Source: Ruditapes philippinarum
Taxonomy: Eukaryota
Direction of reading: 5' to 3'
Assembly: GCF_026571515.1 (NCBI RefSeq)
Contig: NW_026858894.1
Coordinates: 1 to 64,000, forward strand
Length of the DNA stretch: 64,000 nucleotides
Part shown: positions 25,076 to 40,400 of the stretch, one piece after another
How positions within the stretch are numbered: the first letter of the stretch is position 1
Layout of the letters: each line of letters opens with the position of its first letter
Made by a program: the position numbers and the translations under genes
Notes under the pieces: generated by a model
Told to the model about the DNA's origin: nothing
The model's database searches: none
Seen by the model: only the letters and a program-made list of their open reading frames with translations

Positions 25076-26254
25076 CAGTAAAGTCTCTCTATTGAGACCA
25101 CTTTGGCGTCCTGGTAAAAGTGGTCTTATTTTCGAGTCGGTCTTAATTTGGTGACCTAATGTTTACTATTATATGTATTCTGGTATAGGAGGTTATCTTA
25201 GCGATTGGGATCGTTGAAACATAAACCAATTAACGTGAGTTTTATATAACAAAAAATATGATTTATTTATTGAAATTATCACATTTATGCACCATTTTAA
25301 ACAACTAAAAAAGACATCGAAAATGTTCTTCAGATTTCACAACAAAATTTCATTTTAATCATTGTTGTTCAGTTGTTCAACTTGTTGAGTTCTGGTGATC
25401 TCTTGCATACTCATTTTTGTTGAATGCATTATTCCCCCACCCATTTAAATGCTCATCATTTTGTTTCAGGACTATCCGGACCTAAAAGTAAAAAACAAAT
25501 ACGTTTTTTAGTTAAAGTAAAAATAAATCGTATCTGTAATTGTTTTTAAAATCTCTATTGCCATTTAAAACTTCATGAATCAATTTTATTTATTTTTTTG
25601 TTCTGAATTAATTATTTTTCGATTATGATTCTAAATTTTATTTCAAAAGACAATTGTTATTAAATTTGCAAAAGCGGTAAAAGTTCTGACTCCGAATTGT
25701 AAAATATATATTTTTATTTAACATAGACGAAATAACCTACCTATCTGAAAGTGTGTGTTGTTAACACATCGGTCGTCTTTCTTTGATTCGCATCGATCCA
25801 AAATAATAATTGAAAGGAACATTGACACGCTTAATCCCAATCCTTTTAATGACAAACTGCTAATCTTATTGATAATCTCACCTGTAGACACTTTAGTTTC
25901 AAACTGTTAATTGATATCTTAAACGTCTCTTCCGTGTACCGCAAAGCGGTCACAACTTCATGGCGGTTGTCGTTAAATGTTGTAAAATTACTAGTATTTG
26001 TTTATTGGAGATAATGGGTGGCATGTACAAGTTAGCGAGCAGGGTTAATTAGTGGTCGTTTTATTGGACCCATTTTGCATTGTTAAGTGAGAATTTGGCC
26101 CTTAAAAAGTGGTCGTAATACTTAGTAGCGGGTCAGTCGTAATATCGGGCCTTACGACCATTGAATTATAGGGCAAAAAATCGGGACCGGAAAAAGCGGT
26201 CGTAATATCGAATTGCCCGCAATTTAGGTTCGGTCGTAACGCGAGACTTTACTG
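25076..26254. mobile_element. Non-autonomous Tc1/mariner (pogo/Tigger-like) DNA transposon
   Basis: TA|CAGTAAAGTCTC ... GAGACTTTACTG|TA, with subterminal GGTC(T/G)TAAT repeats at both ends and no ORF. Confidence 0.8.
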
Positions 26255-26530
26255 TATTCAAAATTGCTATCATCAGTTTTAACTTGCTAAACAACATCGA
26301 TAAATTGCGCAACACACCTTGTAAAATATATGAATTTGCGTGATTTTTTAAAATAAATTTGTCTTTTATAGTCAGTATGACTTTGTGATATGAAAATTAA
26401 TTAATCAATATTCAAAAACATATCCTGTTAAACGGTCAAAGGTTCATTTCGGATGTATTTTTCTACCTTTTATTCTTATTGTTTTCGGCTGATTTTCATT
26501 TTAGATTATTGTTCAAATAATTAACTGATT

Positions 26531-27792
26531 ATGAGCAATATAGCAAATATGAAAGTATCTCTAAATATCGCTTTAGTATCCTTTACGATGGTGTTACTTA
26601 TCAGTGTTAAACACAGGTTTTGGAAGGATAAGCTTACATATTCGAATATTCAGGATTCACAAAACAGTTATGTAAGCCGCCGGTTAGATCCATTATACTG
26701 CAAACGAATGCAAGGAAATTTTTTACGTATACATGACAATAAAACATACAATTTACGCATTATCGTGATTGTTTTTGATAGATATGAATCGCTCTTAAGA
26801 TTACTGCGTTCATTAAATCAGGCAATCTACGACGGCGACACTGTAAAACTTGAGGTATGGATAGACAGATCAGAACAGGGTGTTTTGGATGAAGCTGTAG
26901 TAAATACGACCAACACATTTTCATTCCAACATGGTGATTATGAGGTTATACCACATTTTGAGCATGTAGGTCTTCACGGACAATGGATTTCTACGTGGAT
27001 GCCAAAAAGAAACAGTTCTGAAATAGCTGTCATTTGCGAAGATGATATCACCGTTTCAATTTATTTTTACAAATATCTAAAATATGTACATAAGAAATAC
27101 GACAATTATTCAGAAATTAATGGCTATGCCTTACAAGGATATTCTATGAAACATCATGTGAAAAATACATCCCCTCTTGTAGGACCAAATGGTAGCATTG
27201 TGTTTCTGTACCCAGTCGTCGGATCATGGGGATTTTCTCCAAGCAGAGATAATTGGATACATTTTCAAGACTGGTACACTTCGGCTTGCAATGATGACAC
27301 AAATGATTTATTTATACCAAACAATATAGCAAGCAAATGGTACATACAATTCAAAAAGAAAGGAAGCCATAAGAGCTTATGGACAATATGGCATATGTAT
27401 CATGCTTTCATCAATTCGGAGTTCACGCTTTATACAAACTTACCAGGTTTGAAATCATGTTTCATAGCTTTTTTGACGATCATCACACATTTTAATGGAA
27501 AGATATATGGTATAAATTTTAATATTTTAGTCACTGTTTGTCAAAATGTTTAAATTACATATACTTTTTTCCCTTAAATTACGTATACATTTTCCCTTCA
27601 ACATGTATAATTAATTCTCGCAAATTCATTTTAGGTCATATTGGACTTTCGACTAATTGGCGCGAACAAGGCTTGCATTTTAAAAATTTTGGAGGAAAAA
27701 CAAACGAATTGTTACAAGTGTGGAGACAGGAATTTGAAGATCTGCCAACAAAACCAGTGCATGTTGACATTTCAGGGAAAGTCATTCAATAG
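26531..27792 (+). CDS. Putative GT-A fold glycosyltransferase (GT2-like, EDD motif; family better known from plants and fungi), type II membrane, 357 aa; exons 26531-27446 and 27635-27792
   Basis: TM helix SLNIALVSFTMVLLISV. Motifs LRIIVIVFDRYESLLRLLRSL, VWID, GLHGQW, CEDDITVS, GSWG. A phase-1 GT-AG intron (27447-27634) joins NLP-G-HIGLSTNWREQGLHF. Confidence 0.82.
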
Positions 27793-30700
27793 TTACTGAC
27801 GTAACCATAACATAAAAACATTTTTTAACATTCAATTTTAGCTATTTTCATTGCAGTCTCTTTCGTTATTTGATATTTCTAGCTGTTTAAATAGGACGAC
27901 AATTCTATTATCTATTTCATATCCCTACCATTGCGTTATAATGTTTGATTTTCTAACAATAGATACAAAGGGGAATATTTTAAGAACTTGATACAATATT
28001 TGACTTCTAATTGTGTCATAAATTTCTTTTCAATAGCACATTTTCACAAAAATAATACCTAATTATATTAATGCTATGAAGTATTTGTGATGCTCGAATG
28101 AAAATATGGGCAACCACAATGGTTTCTTGCATACAATTAAGATCGTTTAAAATACAACCACATACTTTGATTTATACAGAGATACTATTGCTCTGTTATT
28201 TGTAACTTCAAAGGTATAACACAAATAATAACTGCAAATGTTCGACGTCTTCAAAATTATTTACAACACACATTTTGCTTTCTAAAAGTCCAAGTAAAAC
28301 CTTTACACAAAAATTACAAATTTTACACACCACTTTACCGTAACACAAATCATTCGATTCACCCGCTTTTGTTTCGACCCAGGGCATTTAAAAAAAAACA
28401 TTATCAACGTTGAAAACAATTCCTAGATCCAAGCATATCGAAAACTCTTTCACCAGGCTGTCATTCAGGATAAAACAGATTAAGTCCCTACAAAATATTC
28501 CATATGCAATACCTTTATATATCTTTTGTCAGAATGGTTCCTTTCTTTCTTTTGTAATAACACATTCGTCATTCTTAATGACAGTTTTATACTGAGTTTT
28601 GTAATTCTTATTTTATGGAATTTGGTTACGGTATATACAATTTGATCCATTCATATCAGTGAACATTTTCACGATTTATTATGAATTTGTTATGTCTTAA
28701 TATTTTGAAATGCAAATGAATGCAAACTCCTAAAACTATAATAATAAGAAGTAAATGTTAAATCATGATGCAGATATAGAAATTTTGACTTGAGCCAGTC
28801 TTTCCGAAAAGCATCCATTTATTCCTATGGGCGAGTATAAAATATATTATTTTATGTTGCATTAATGTTTTGTATAAATAGAATATTTGTTCGGTTGGTT
28901 TGAAGAAGGGTAGACATAAGACTTTATAAAAGTATTTTACTTGTTCTTAAAACTGATTCAGTTGTGCAAACACGTGACAATTATAGAAAGAATGGTAAAT
29001 TTGTAGGTTTCAAAAGTAGCATAAAAATGAGAGGGAGTTAAGAGGCCTTAAGAATAGATGAGACAACAATAATAATTATGTTAAATGATATTTTTGTTTA
29101 CTTGATGTCGCCTGTAAGGTATTCTTACAAACTATGAAAAGAATATACAGTCTAAGTATTCACTTCTAACGTAAGCATAAACGTTCACCAAATAGAAGAT
29201 GTATACAACATGTGTTACTTTATCAGAAGTGAAGCGAAATAAGTAATTTGTTTACTTGACAGTTATTGAAAATATTACATGAATGAACGATGTTCACGTC
29301 AGTCATCTCTATTAACAATTGATTTGTTTTAAAGTTTTTGCTAACCTTAAGGTGGTAATCCGTCAATCATCTTACGGGATTAAACTCAGACCTTCGGCCT
29401 GCAAACCAATAAACACAATGCACTTCATCGCTGAGCCATATAAGCCATTCCTTGACGCAGTTGTCAAAGGTTATTAGTATAATTATTGAGGTAGGCATTA
29501 GATGTAGCTTGAAAGCTAAGACAAATATTAAATAAATAAAGAATGATAATATACTAAATAACTTTTTATTATTCATCATTTTGATTAAATATTATTCAGT
29601 TAATAATTGGGATGGAAGAGAGTTTAAAATTGTACTTTTTATATACTTGATTTTTTTTTCAACTAAATTAACAAAAATAGCATCGTTATTATTATTTTCT
29701 TTTATTTTTTTAATGAATTATGTTTCAGTGTTTTTAACTTTATACGGTCCATTAATGCCCCAATTATCATCATCATAATAACAACATCCTTTCGTAACTT
29801 CATCCAATTACTGATTTTATTTTGACAATGGGCATATTATGTTTATTGGTTTGCAAAATGACTTCGTGAGTTCTATTCTTTATTACGTTTGCAACTGTTC
29901 ATTATAATTAGTTAAACAAGTATGGCAAGGAAGATGAAGATGACGGAAGAACAGGTCAATATGTACGAATGAAAAAATAATTTTGAAGATTTACTCGAAA
30001 CTAACAGATTTAAACTAAAGGCGATGAAAAAATGGACTTTTTAGGGTTTCTTTCTGACAATAATACAATATATAAGGCAAGCTAAAACATCAAAGTTAAA
30101 TTTATGCATCTCGAACTCACTTTTTTAAAGATGAAAATCACCAGTTTTGACGAGTGTTTTTTGGCATATACAAAAGTTTTCAAACGAATTCAGTCCGTAA
30201 CAATTCGTCAGATGTCCAATGCTTCGATATTTGGACTTTTTAATGTCTATATTGTATGATATTGGTACATTTTTTCGAGTTTCCTTCATTATATATTCCT
30301 ATTGTCACTCTATCATAAAAATTCGTAAAACTAAAGAAAATATTTATAACTTATAGTTCACTGGCGTACTCATATACAAATTGCAAACTTGAAGTGAGGA
30401 TTGCTTCACATTTATAATGATTCGAGAATTCAATTTAGCTGTTTTAACGAAGGTTTCTTCGTGAAACCGAAATAAGTAATACAATATTCAGCTTTGTTTT
30501 TATTATTGAACAAGAATTCTAAAAGGATCGTCTGCATTATCCCGGTTTTATGAAGCATTGTAACCAGGTTTTACTTGTTCCAATTCCGGAATTATCAAGT
30601 CATGGCTGGACGGAAAAGATAATGATATGGTAAACAAAAAAATCAATATGACTTAATCAGTTAAGATATAAATAAAACTTCTTTCCTTGCTGCATGTTTG

Positions 30701-31650
30701 TTATATGCATGTGAAAATTATGTTGCAACTTATAAAATGATAATTTCTATCATCTATATTTTTACATGACGATACCGCAAAAATTAATTTACTATTACTT
30801 CGATATCTAATGGAAAAAATACAAATTGACAACATGTTACATTAAAAGAAACAGAAACAATGAATAGATAGTACACCATTCAACAGACAAGACTAACACA
30901 TAAAAACTTTTTTATGTATTCCGTATCGTTTCTAGAGCAAAATATCAATAGAATTTGAAAACAACAATTGTTTTAGGAAGTCTAGACAACTCAATGTTCT
31001 TAACAAAGATGATACATTTTAGCAATCACTTACTCTTTATGCAAGCCACTTTATTGATTGAACTACATTATAGCATTGATTGCAACAAAATGCAAATGTT
31101 TAAAAATATTCGAATTATGTAAGAATATTTAAAGTGACAATCAAACAAAAATATTGCGGAAGATTTTAATCGATCTCAAAATTAACTCTTTATCGACTAC
31201 AATTATAATCATTCAAAAACAAAAGCCAACTTTATTCAAATGGGGTGACATGAAATGTTTATCAAGAATGGGAACAACTTTATGCCATTCTTTGGTACAT
31301 GTAGTACCATTCAAGAACAATGAGCATAACTGTAGTTTTACATTACATAATGCACTTTTTATGAAGAAAAAGAAATAAAACAATATCTTTTATTTTAGTC
31401 TATAATTTGTTGCTGTTGGCAGTACAGTTAAAATTATTTACTTTAGCTAAAAGCATTAGTATTTACATATCAAACTTTGCTTTAAATCATCTACTAATGA
31501 CATGATAACTACACATATAATTTAACAAAACAGTAAAGCTTACACAATCAACGCAAGAGTATTAGATCTAATGCGTCAATAATCAACATCATAGTACGAA
31601 CGTATAGTGAAATCATACATAGGAAAATGCAAACATGAAAAAGTGATATT

Positions 31651-33678
31651 TTAAGAGTTCTCTTTAAGAATATAGTTTTTTAACTGTTTTAAATATACTG
31701 CTTTCATTGTCGAAACAATAACACTGTTAATTTTACTTCGCATACCTGAATCATAAATATCAAACAAATCTACTTCCATTGCCTGATTAGGAAACTGTCG
31801 TTTTTCCTTCTCTACATATTTACTAAAGGTACATAAAAGAGACTTAAATGTAATATTTACGCCTATAAAATTTGCTAAATGATACACCTCTCGGAACCGA
31901 TCTTTTAAAATATTTTCGTAAAAAAGTATATGTACTGGTTTCTTATAGGAATTTATCCAAAAAATCGTCGTTTCTTTCCAACGTATTGTTCCGTGTTCAA
32001 CAAATTGCTTCCATCCTGAAATATTGATATACAAAAAAATTGTGATTTGATTTCTTTTTATTTCGACAAGTCAACATAAATAAACTTATATTCTACTTAT
32101 CCAAACATAAAATAAACAAATGAAGCACTAAATTCTTCAAATAGGAAACAGTATAATTTCTTGTATAAAGAGTTACGATACCTCATCTAAATAAACACTA
32201 GGTTCAGACAAAGATCAAAAATAAAGTAATATTCATCACATCCTTACAACTAACAATTTATGTCTTATGAAATGTATGCCCCTTAAAATGTACGACATCT
32301 TAGATAATTAAAACAATACAAAGGAACGTTTCACCATTTTAACACTTTCAAATTGGATATTTTAACATAATACAAAATAAAAATGTTTCCTTAATTTTAC
32401 GTTTCGTGTATTTGTACCTTGTTCCAACGTTTAACTTTATTAAATAAGACCTTATTTTATGAAACTATGTCCAATATCTATAATATTGATTATATATTTT
32501 CCAAACAATCATGTTCAGTAGAATAAAACTTTTCTATATATTTATGAAATCCTACTGCCAATGTTTCAACATTGAAATGGTAAACGCATGTGTGCGTTAT
32601 ATTCTTGTCGCTTCGTCTTCTTTCTTTTAACAAATATAAACCTATATTTAAAGTACTTATACTTACTTTCTCCGAAGTAAGTGCCATTAGAAATCAGAGG
32701 TATTTGTGTCCCTTGCAACTTATTACTTCTGTTATATTCGGCTAACATAGCTTTATACGGATTTCGGATTATGTAAATCGCTTTAAAGTAGTTTAGACTT
32801 TTTACGTTCAAATTCTTACAATCATCGCCCCCAGCTTTAAAATTTGTTGCATGAGTTTTGATAACAAACGAAAAGCCGCTTGATGAGCATTGTGTTGAAA
32901 TATGGTTTGTTGCAACTAATATGCCTACAAGAAAAACAAAGACATTCTTTTAAGTTAATGAATTCTTAATAAGCAATGCCAAATATATTGCTTCATTTTA
33001 GTATGTTAAATACATTTTTGCTATGACAATCGAATTGTCAGCATATGTGCACTGGTGTTTAGGAAAACTTTATTGTGATTGAATTATTCTGCAAAACAGG
33101 ATGTGACTATGAAAACTATCAGCTGTTAATATTTTGCACACATACATAAACAGAATTGTAGTGTTAAGTTTCCACGGGTCCAAAATATCATATATGGGAA
33201 TATAGTAGTAACTGTCTTGCGCTTTTATGTCCGCTATTCATGTGTGCATTTATTAAACACTATTTCGCAATGAGATTAAATTAGAAATATATAATACCTG
33301 TTAATGATTCAATAATCCTCCTTATCATAGTATTTCCTGAGCCAGGAAAACTAGCAAGGGCGACAAGTGGCTTTTTATTCTCCATTAAACCTGCTGAAAG
33401 TGGCATCCTAGAATAGCAGCAAACTCCTTATATATTGAAATGATCCGATCAAAATGATGTTTTTGGTCACATTCAGTCAATAGTTTATTTAAACGGTAGT
33501 CTGTAACCTGATATTTCAAGGTATTATGTATCGCAATTTCGCATTTATTTTGTTTTAAACTAAGTTCCTGTTGAAAGCCGACATGTTTGTTTCTTAAGGA
33601 AATGAAAAGTAAATTAGACAGAATTATTGAGCTTATAAGTAGCACAAATACATAAAGACGGTAATGCTGTGATTGCAT
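31651..33678 (-). CDS. WSCD1/2-type sulfotransferase lacking WSC domains, type II membrane; exons 33678-33298, 32924-32667, 32015-31651; one frameshift at ~33397
   Basis: TM helix LYVFVLLISSIILSNLLFISL. 5'-PSB loop VALASFPGSGNT..RRIIESLTG, VIKTH, 3'-PB motif AIYIIRNPYKAMLAEYNR, HILFYENI. Splice sites are GT-AG and phase 1. The frame breaks at a short T run just before the PSB loop, so this is either a pseudogene or an assembly indel. Confidence 0.8.
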
Positions 33679-36199
33679 ATCCAATTCGAAGCGTTAAACA
33701 TTTATAAAACTTCTTTTCCGATTAAATATTAATTCCTTTCTTATTCAAGTCAATCAAACATATTAATGTTTATTCTTTTGTATTTTCCAAACCAATAATA
33801 TTAAATAAAGCGCTGAAAACGAAAGCAATTTTGACATAATATCTTGTTTCTCTTTGTCTCATTTGTTGATGTAATTGCAACTTGCAGTTTACTTGATTCT
33901 TGGTTTATTAAAAGTGTCTTCTATATTTACTATGTTGTTTCTGTGAATGACAGTGTTACTTACACAATATATTTCTAATAAGTTTTCTATCTTTCTTTTC
34001 ATTTATGTTGGAAATTTTCATCTAAACCTTTTGTTTATTTCAACTTTCAATAAAAATTAATTTTTTAAAAATTAAAAGGTTAAAAGTCGACAAATGTGAA
34101 TACTTGACGGATGACACTTTGTGGTAAGTAAAGAATTACCTGAAAATCTTTCATTCATGAAGTTTTTTTTCAACATTTTCAAAGTTAATTTTACAAATTT
34201 TATCATTCATTACATTTCTGATAATGAAGCATATTGAATGCAATCTTATAAATGTTATAAAGATTTATATTGGATACATATGCCTTCAGTGTTCTTGTTT
34301 GAATAACTTATATATTTGGTTAAGCAATATTTAGAAGACGACTTCACTTATTCGCACTTATCTTATAAATCAAGCAGCTTTAGTCGAAAATGGCACATCG
34401 AATGTGACAATATTACTTACTTCTGCATTAGAGAATTGTGACCTTTACGAGTAATCTCAAACGATCGACCCTGTGCCACCATGACTTTCACCTACTTAGA
34501 TCCCTAAACATAAAAAAAGTGATTGGACAAAGGAACCAATAAAAATATAATTGTATAAAATGCCAAGCTTATTGACGCATCTCATTTATTTTAAATTTTA
34601 ATGACCTTTTATTCATAAAGTTTAACTATGATCATTATTATTATAAATATTACTTTCTGAAAACATTCGATCTAGGCTAAAGGTAGACTAAATCTATTAA
34701 TAAATATGTGTTGTTATTAATTGTTGAATGTTTTCTTTGTTTAATTGTTTTTTAAACAAAGCTGCAAAAATCATGTCCTAGATCAATAGGTAGAATTAGA
34801 ATATTTGATAATGCGTTAGATCCTTCGTCACTATTGATCCGAGATCCCATATTTTATAAACATTATTTCATTTATTCTTTTTTTAGTTGGACATATGCTA
34901 GAAGATAAATTATATAATTTATCAATTGAAAATGTTTTAATTTGTATTTTGCTTTGAATCTAGAAACAACACAAATACCAAAGGAAGGAATTAATATATA
35001 AATCTGTTGTCGTGTCTTATTCTTTGTTTAATTCTTAAACATTAGGCCTTGTACAAAAACTTTTTACAAGACATGCTGAGTGATATAAACATTAATTTCT
35101 GAGTCTTTGATGAATGTCAAAACGTTCTGTTTTGCATGTTTTGTAAAAGGTACTACTGAACTTTTTGGTATTCTTCAAAGGCGAATTAATTAACGTTTAT
35201 ATCACTTAACGTGTAAAATGTTTTAAGAGACAAAGCTTCATGTTTTAGAATTAAAGACGAATGAATTATTCCACTCATCATGCCAAGCAAACGATTTAAA
35301 CATTGATCAACATGAAGAAGTTAATGGCCTTGCCAGTCACAAGGATAACTAAAACGTCACATAATTTGATTTAGACCCACAATCGAGCTCTGTCTGCCAA
35401 TATCAGTCAAGCCTGCTAAAATTGATATCAAAATACAGTAGTATAGATTTATAGAATCAAGCTCTCAGTGATCGCAAATACGAAAGTATTTCAGAAATCC
35501 TATGTATCAATATTAAAATCAATGAAAATCCCCTGTTTCTTCCTTTCCATGGCTTTATAATAATTCTTTAAACTATTGTTTATTTTATATTACGAAACCC
35601 CCTATGTGTAGTGTTATTTGTGATAAGCACATTGTCTCTACGTTGTTATGGTGGATATTTTTTGTAAAACTGTAAAAGAAAATATGTAATATGATCATAT
35701 ATATATATATCCAATTATACTGAATCTGTAAGGAGAACAACTTATTAAACGTAAGGACTTTAATGATCATGTAATACTTAAACACAAATCGGATCTTAAC
35801 AACATAAAACAGTGTTCGATACAAGTTAAAGGCACACAACTCCCAACACTCTTAATAATTATAACAATTTCTTCAGTATTCTTGTTTGTTTTCATAAAAA
35901 GTCCCAAATATTTACGAAGCTTCTTGAACAGTTTAAAAATGAAATAATAACTGAAAAAAATAACGACAAATTAAGGACAAGGGCAGATGTCAAAGGACAA
36001 ATGACGACCATTAAAACATATTAGAACAGTACTTGCCTTTTTTACAGGAAATTCCGAGAATTATGTGTATTAAACCATTTAGTCTAGAAATTCAAAGAAC
36101 ATAATTGTTAACAAAATTAAGATGTAATTAAAGCTGTGTTTAAAAGTTCGTCCAAAAATTTGGGAATTTAATATTTATCAATACGACTTTTTTTGATAT

Positions 36200-37420
36200 A
36201 AACAAGCAAAAAACTTTTACATCTCCAGTTTAAAAAAATTTAGTTTTTGGGCCCTTTAAAAGGAAACAGTCTTTTAAATTTTATATAAAGCGGTTTTTTT
36301 GTTTTTTTGGGAAAGGGCCCCTTTCCCATTTCCTTTAAAAAGAAATGAGTCTTTGCTTTTATTTTTAACAAATCCTAATTTTTTTTCTCTATCCCCAAAA
36401 TATATATTTTAATTGACTTTCCCGGACCAATTTTCGTTTGCCCTTTCCTTTATTTATCTGGGTTTATATTTTTTTGTTGTATTAAATAGGGTTTTTTTCA
36501 AGAAACCAGGTTTGGTTTTAACGAATTAAAGGAATTTTCCGGGACTCTTACCCAATTTATATTTTTATTTTGGTTTTTTGTTTTAAACCCAAATTTTTTA
36601 ATTTTAAAGTCATTATCTTAAGACTAAATGGGAAAAATTCACTGTACCAATCCAACACAAAGATTGCTGCAAATGTTCGAAAGCTAAAAAAGGCATGGTT
36701 TGTATAATAATATATTATATTAAATTTTTTATCATTTTTCGTTGTCTTTTTTAACATTTTTTCAAACCGACATCGACACATATTCTTTTTTATAGAAACA
36801 TTTGACATTAATACATGTATTACAAAACATGTATTACATTGAAATTCACATACCATTAAATGAATATGCCTTTAATATGAATATCAACTAACACGAGCCT
36901 CTAATTTTTATTCATATTCAGGTCTTTTGTCTATTGATGATACTTCACAGAAACCAGATAAAGATAAAAAAAAAACTTGATTTGATGCGATAAAAATACT
37001 ATAAATTGTCATGAATACTGGACGTGTACCATTTTACTAAAAAAGTAAATCGTTGTTTTTATAGCAAGGATGCAAAAATCCCAAAAGACTACAGTAAAAC
37101 ATTATTTTTTGATTTTTTTTAAAAAATCTTATCTAATCCCTTTACGTGGGCTTTTTGATTTAATACAAAAGTACTTCCCTTCCCCTTTTTTTAAGATACA
37201 ATTTACTTTTTTTGATAATTTTTCCTTTTTTTGACATAAAACTATGCAAAAGGGACATACAAACAACAGATGCAAACTATTTTTTTTTTTTAAAAATTTA
37301 CCGTTTGATCTTTGGGAAAACTTAAACAAACCCCCTTTTAAAAACCAAAAACTCATTTTAAATTCCCCAATTTTTGGGGCTTTTTAAAATTTAAAAAAAG
37401 TGCTTAGTCCCGGCCCAAAA
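36200..37420. other. Probable low-accuracy consensus (homopolymer-inflated sequence)
   Basis: Abrupt excess of A/T/C/G runs (TTTTTGGGCCCTTTAAAAGG, CCCCAATTTTTGGGGC), and the adjacent exons carry dense 1-bp indels. Confidence 0.6.
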
Positions 37421-40400
37421 TCTACCATTTAGAAACGTACTGTTTGTGGTTTAAAACTTTTTTCTTACCAAGAGCCAAGATTGCTGTCATTATTTCCTCC
37501 GTTGAATTTTCTGTAAAATGCAAGGATAGTAATGGTATTATCTTTTTGTATTTAATGCTGTTGTTGTTTTTGCTGCTGCTGTTGCTGCTTTTTTAATATC
37601 CAAATTTCAGTGAAAAATGAAAACAATTTATCTCTGATAAAATGGTTTTTAAGTTTATGCTTTAATTTTCTTCATACTTGCAATTAATATTCATGAACAA
37701 TCGTTCTACGTAACCGATTCTACAAAACTCCTAAAGACATCTGCAACAACAGCTTGGCATATTCGTAGAAAAGTTTTCTGTTTTACGGAATATGCACTTG
37801 AATCTCGTGGGAAAGACACTAAAGTAAATCTTCTACGGTACACGGGTATATGAAACTTCAAGCCCTTACTCCCTTGACAAAAAATTTGCATGATGTAAGA
37901 CAAATTGAACAATCGTATTATCTTTATTATACCCAACATTGTATATCCCCGGACAAAATTCCCAAAATCTAGAAACAATTTACGTAGAAAGCTTCATATT
38001 GTGTTGTATGAAGATGTGTGTGCAAGAACAATATAACATTATATTTCAAAACTATGATAAAGCATATAACTTAACCTCGGCTGACATAAAAATATGAGCA
38101 GTATTGGAGGCAATGCCTCTTTAAACAATACCAATCGTCTCTGTACTGGCGGCTTTGATCTTGCGGAAAATCACTAACTTTGCCCCATTCCCAAAATAAG
38201 TATTTCTGACTAAATCGTTTCTATGGATAAAATTCTGAAACAATGAAATATATTTTCCTACAACGTAAATGTTGTCTATTACTGTTAAAAAATGTCATCG
38301 CTTTAGTACAGGTTTTGTTATGTGGTTTGTTATTTATTTAAATATATTATAAAAATGTTACTTCATTTGTTCTCGCACAATCCTGCACTTGTAGATTATA
38401 TAAATTTAAAAAAAGATGAACCTTTTCACTGATTCTTAACAAGAATATGATCTTTGAAGTTTGGGTTCAGTTTAAATATGACATCAGCAAGAGTAAACTG
38501 TGGGTTTGATCCCTTCTGACGGCAGTCAATTTATTAACATTTTTCTGTTGTCCCAATACGTGCCAGCTGAAAACCTTAAAAAGACAAAAAATTTCACGAA
38601 AAAAAAAAGTTTTTTCAAATTTTTTATCTTTCAGATTTAACTTAATTAAAAAAAATCATATAAAACTAAGCAAAAATTCTGCAATAACGTATTCATAATT
38701 CTCATATTTCATTTCAAAATGGGTTTTACAGTATAAAGAAGATTGTACAATAAAAATTTATTAAATGAAACACGTTGACTTTCAGAACACTTGTCCGTCA
38801 GCCTACTGTTTTATTTATTTCGGAGAGCTGCATTATGTTACAAAAGGGAAATATCTTACATACACAAACTGATGAAAATATATAGTGCAAACTTAGATGA
38901 CACTAAAGACCTGATATAAACAGCGTTTCGAGAGACATTGTATAATAGATGCACAGTTTCCCCCCATTATTCTTCACCCAAGTTAAACACATGATATTTT
39001 CAAAAATCCAAATCCGAATTGTCTGTCTATATCTTTTAATTGGATGGCACTATCTTGAAATGAAATAAAAAGACCTGTTAACCTCAGTCAAAAATGAACA
39101 AACATTTAACGATAACTTTAATGCTAGTTACAATGTTACGTACCAAAAATTCCGTTGTAGCTTCCATCCGCCTGTTTTGATTTCAGAACATCTTCCTTTA
39201 CTGAACTGTCGTAGAATTGAATATAACTTGATAGTTATCTATATTTACCTGTAAAACTCAATATTATGTATTCGGTAATGTACATAGCGTTAAAGACATT
39301 TTATATTAATTCAAAATTGAAATAAAGTGTGCATTATATGTAGCCAATCCGAATCCTATAATGTTATTTACAGTTCCGCAGTTAAAAAACAAAATGATAT
39401 GTTTTTACTGTTTCCACCAGAGAGATGAATCGTTTTCTACATATTATTGTTAAGAATTGACTACATCTTCACCCTTGGTTCGAATTCCGTCAGCGACTTT
39501 TGATTATTTCATGTATGGAGTATATCTACAAAACGCAACGTCGGAAATTCATTCCTCTCTCAGGTGTCAGCTCGTGCCTGATAAAATTCCCGAAGGGCAC
39601 ATGAGTTTTAATCCACAAATAAAGATGCAAAGTCGTCATATAACCTCTTCATTATCGGTGCGGCCATGATAACACATTTGCGGGTGCTTCTTGTATTAAC
39701 TGTCATCATTGTCATGTTTGGTCTTGGATTCTGCTTACGCTGGAGCATAGGGGCGTAGACGGTAGTTTTCAATACCTTCCATAACAGGCTCGTTCGTTTT
39801 AGGCATTCTTAGGGATTTTTTTATTATTCAAAAACAGACACATATATTTGACTTATTATGAAACAAAACAAAAGTCTTATTTGTTCCTCAGGTACTAGTA
39901 TATTGTAGAAGAAATATCTAAATATCAAATTAAAACAAACTTGTATTTACTAGATGTCGTTACCGTTAATGTTAAACCGTCTCCTCGAAAACCAATGTGT
40001 TTCTTTTTTAGATTTATTAGAAATTGATGGGTGATAGGTGATTCTACTGAAAAAGTCTGTTGTCCCGCATTTTGGCATTCCTACCAGATAGAAATACGGT
40101 AAACATCTCACCCGCGTGGCCGAATCGAACGTATTCCTTTCGATCCAGCAAGGGCATTTGAAATCTTTAAGTAAAGGCGGAAGTTTCTGCAAACAAAATA
40201 CAAATTTAATATATAACACACTTTAAGCTTTGTAATGAATTTTTTCTTCAAATGTTAATACTCTATTCAACAGAATAGATAAAATGGTTGACATAGGGTC
40301 ATCATGATCATTCTTTAGCAAATGAATGAATAATACAACGAAAAAGGTAGATCAATACGTAAAGACTCTATTTAATTTCTTCTAAGTCATCTACCTTTGA

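Noticed and set aside
8679-27792. Bacterial contamination as the source of the clustered glycosyltransferases
   Set aside because: Spliceosomal introns, type II TM anchors, low gene density and interspersed animal SINEs and mariners show this is eukaryotic chromosomal DNA.
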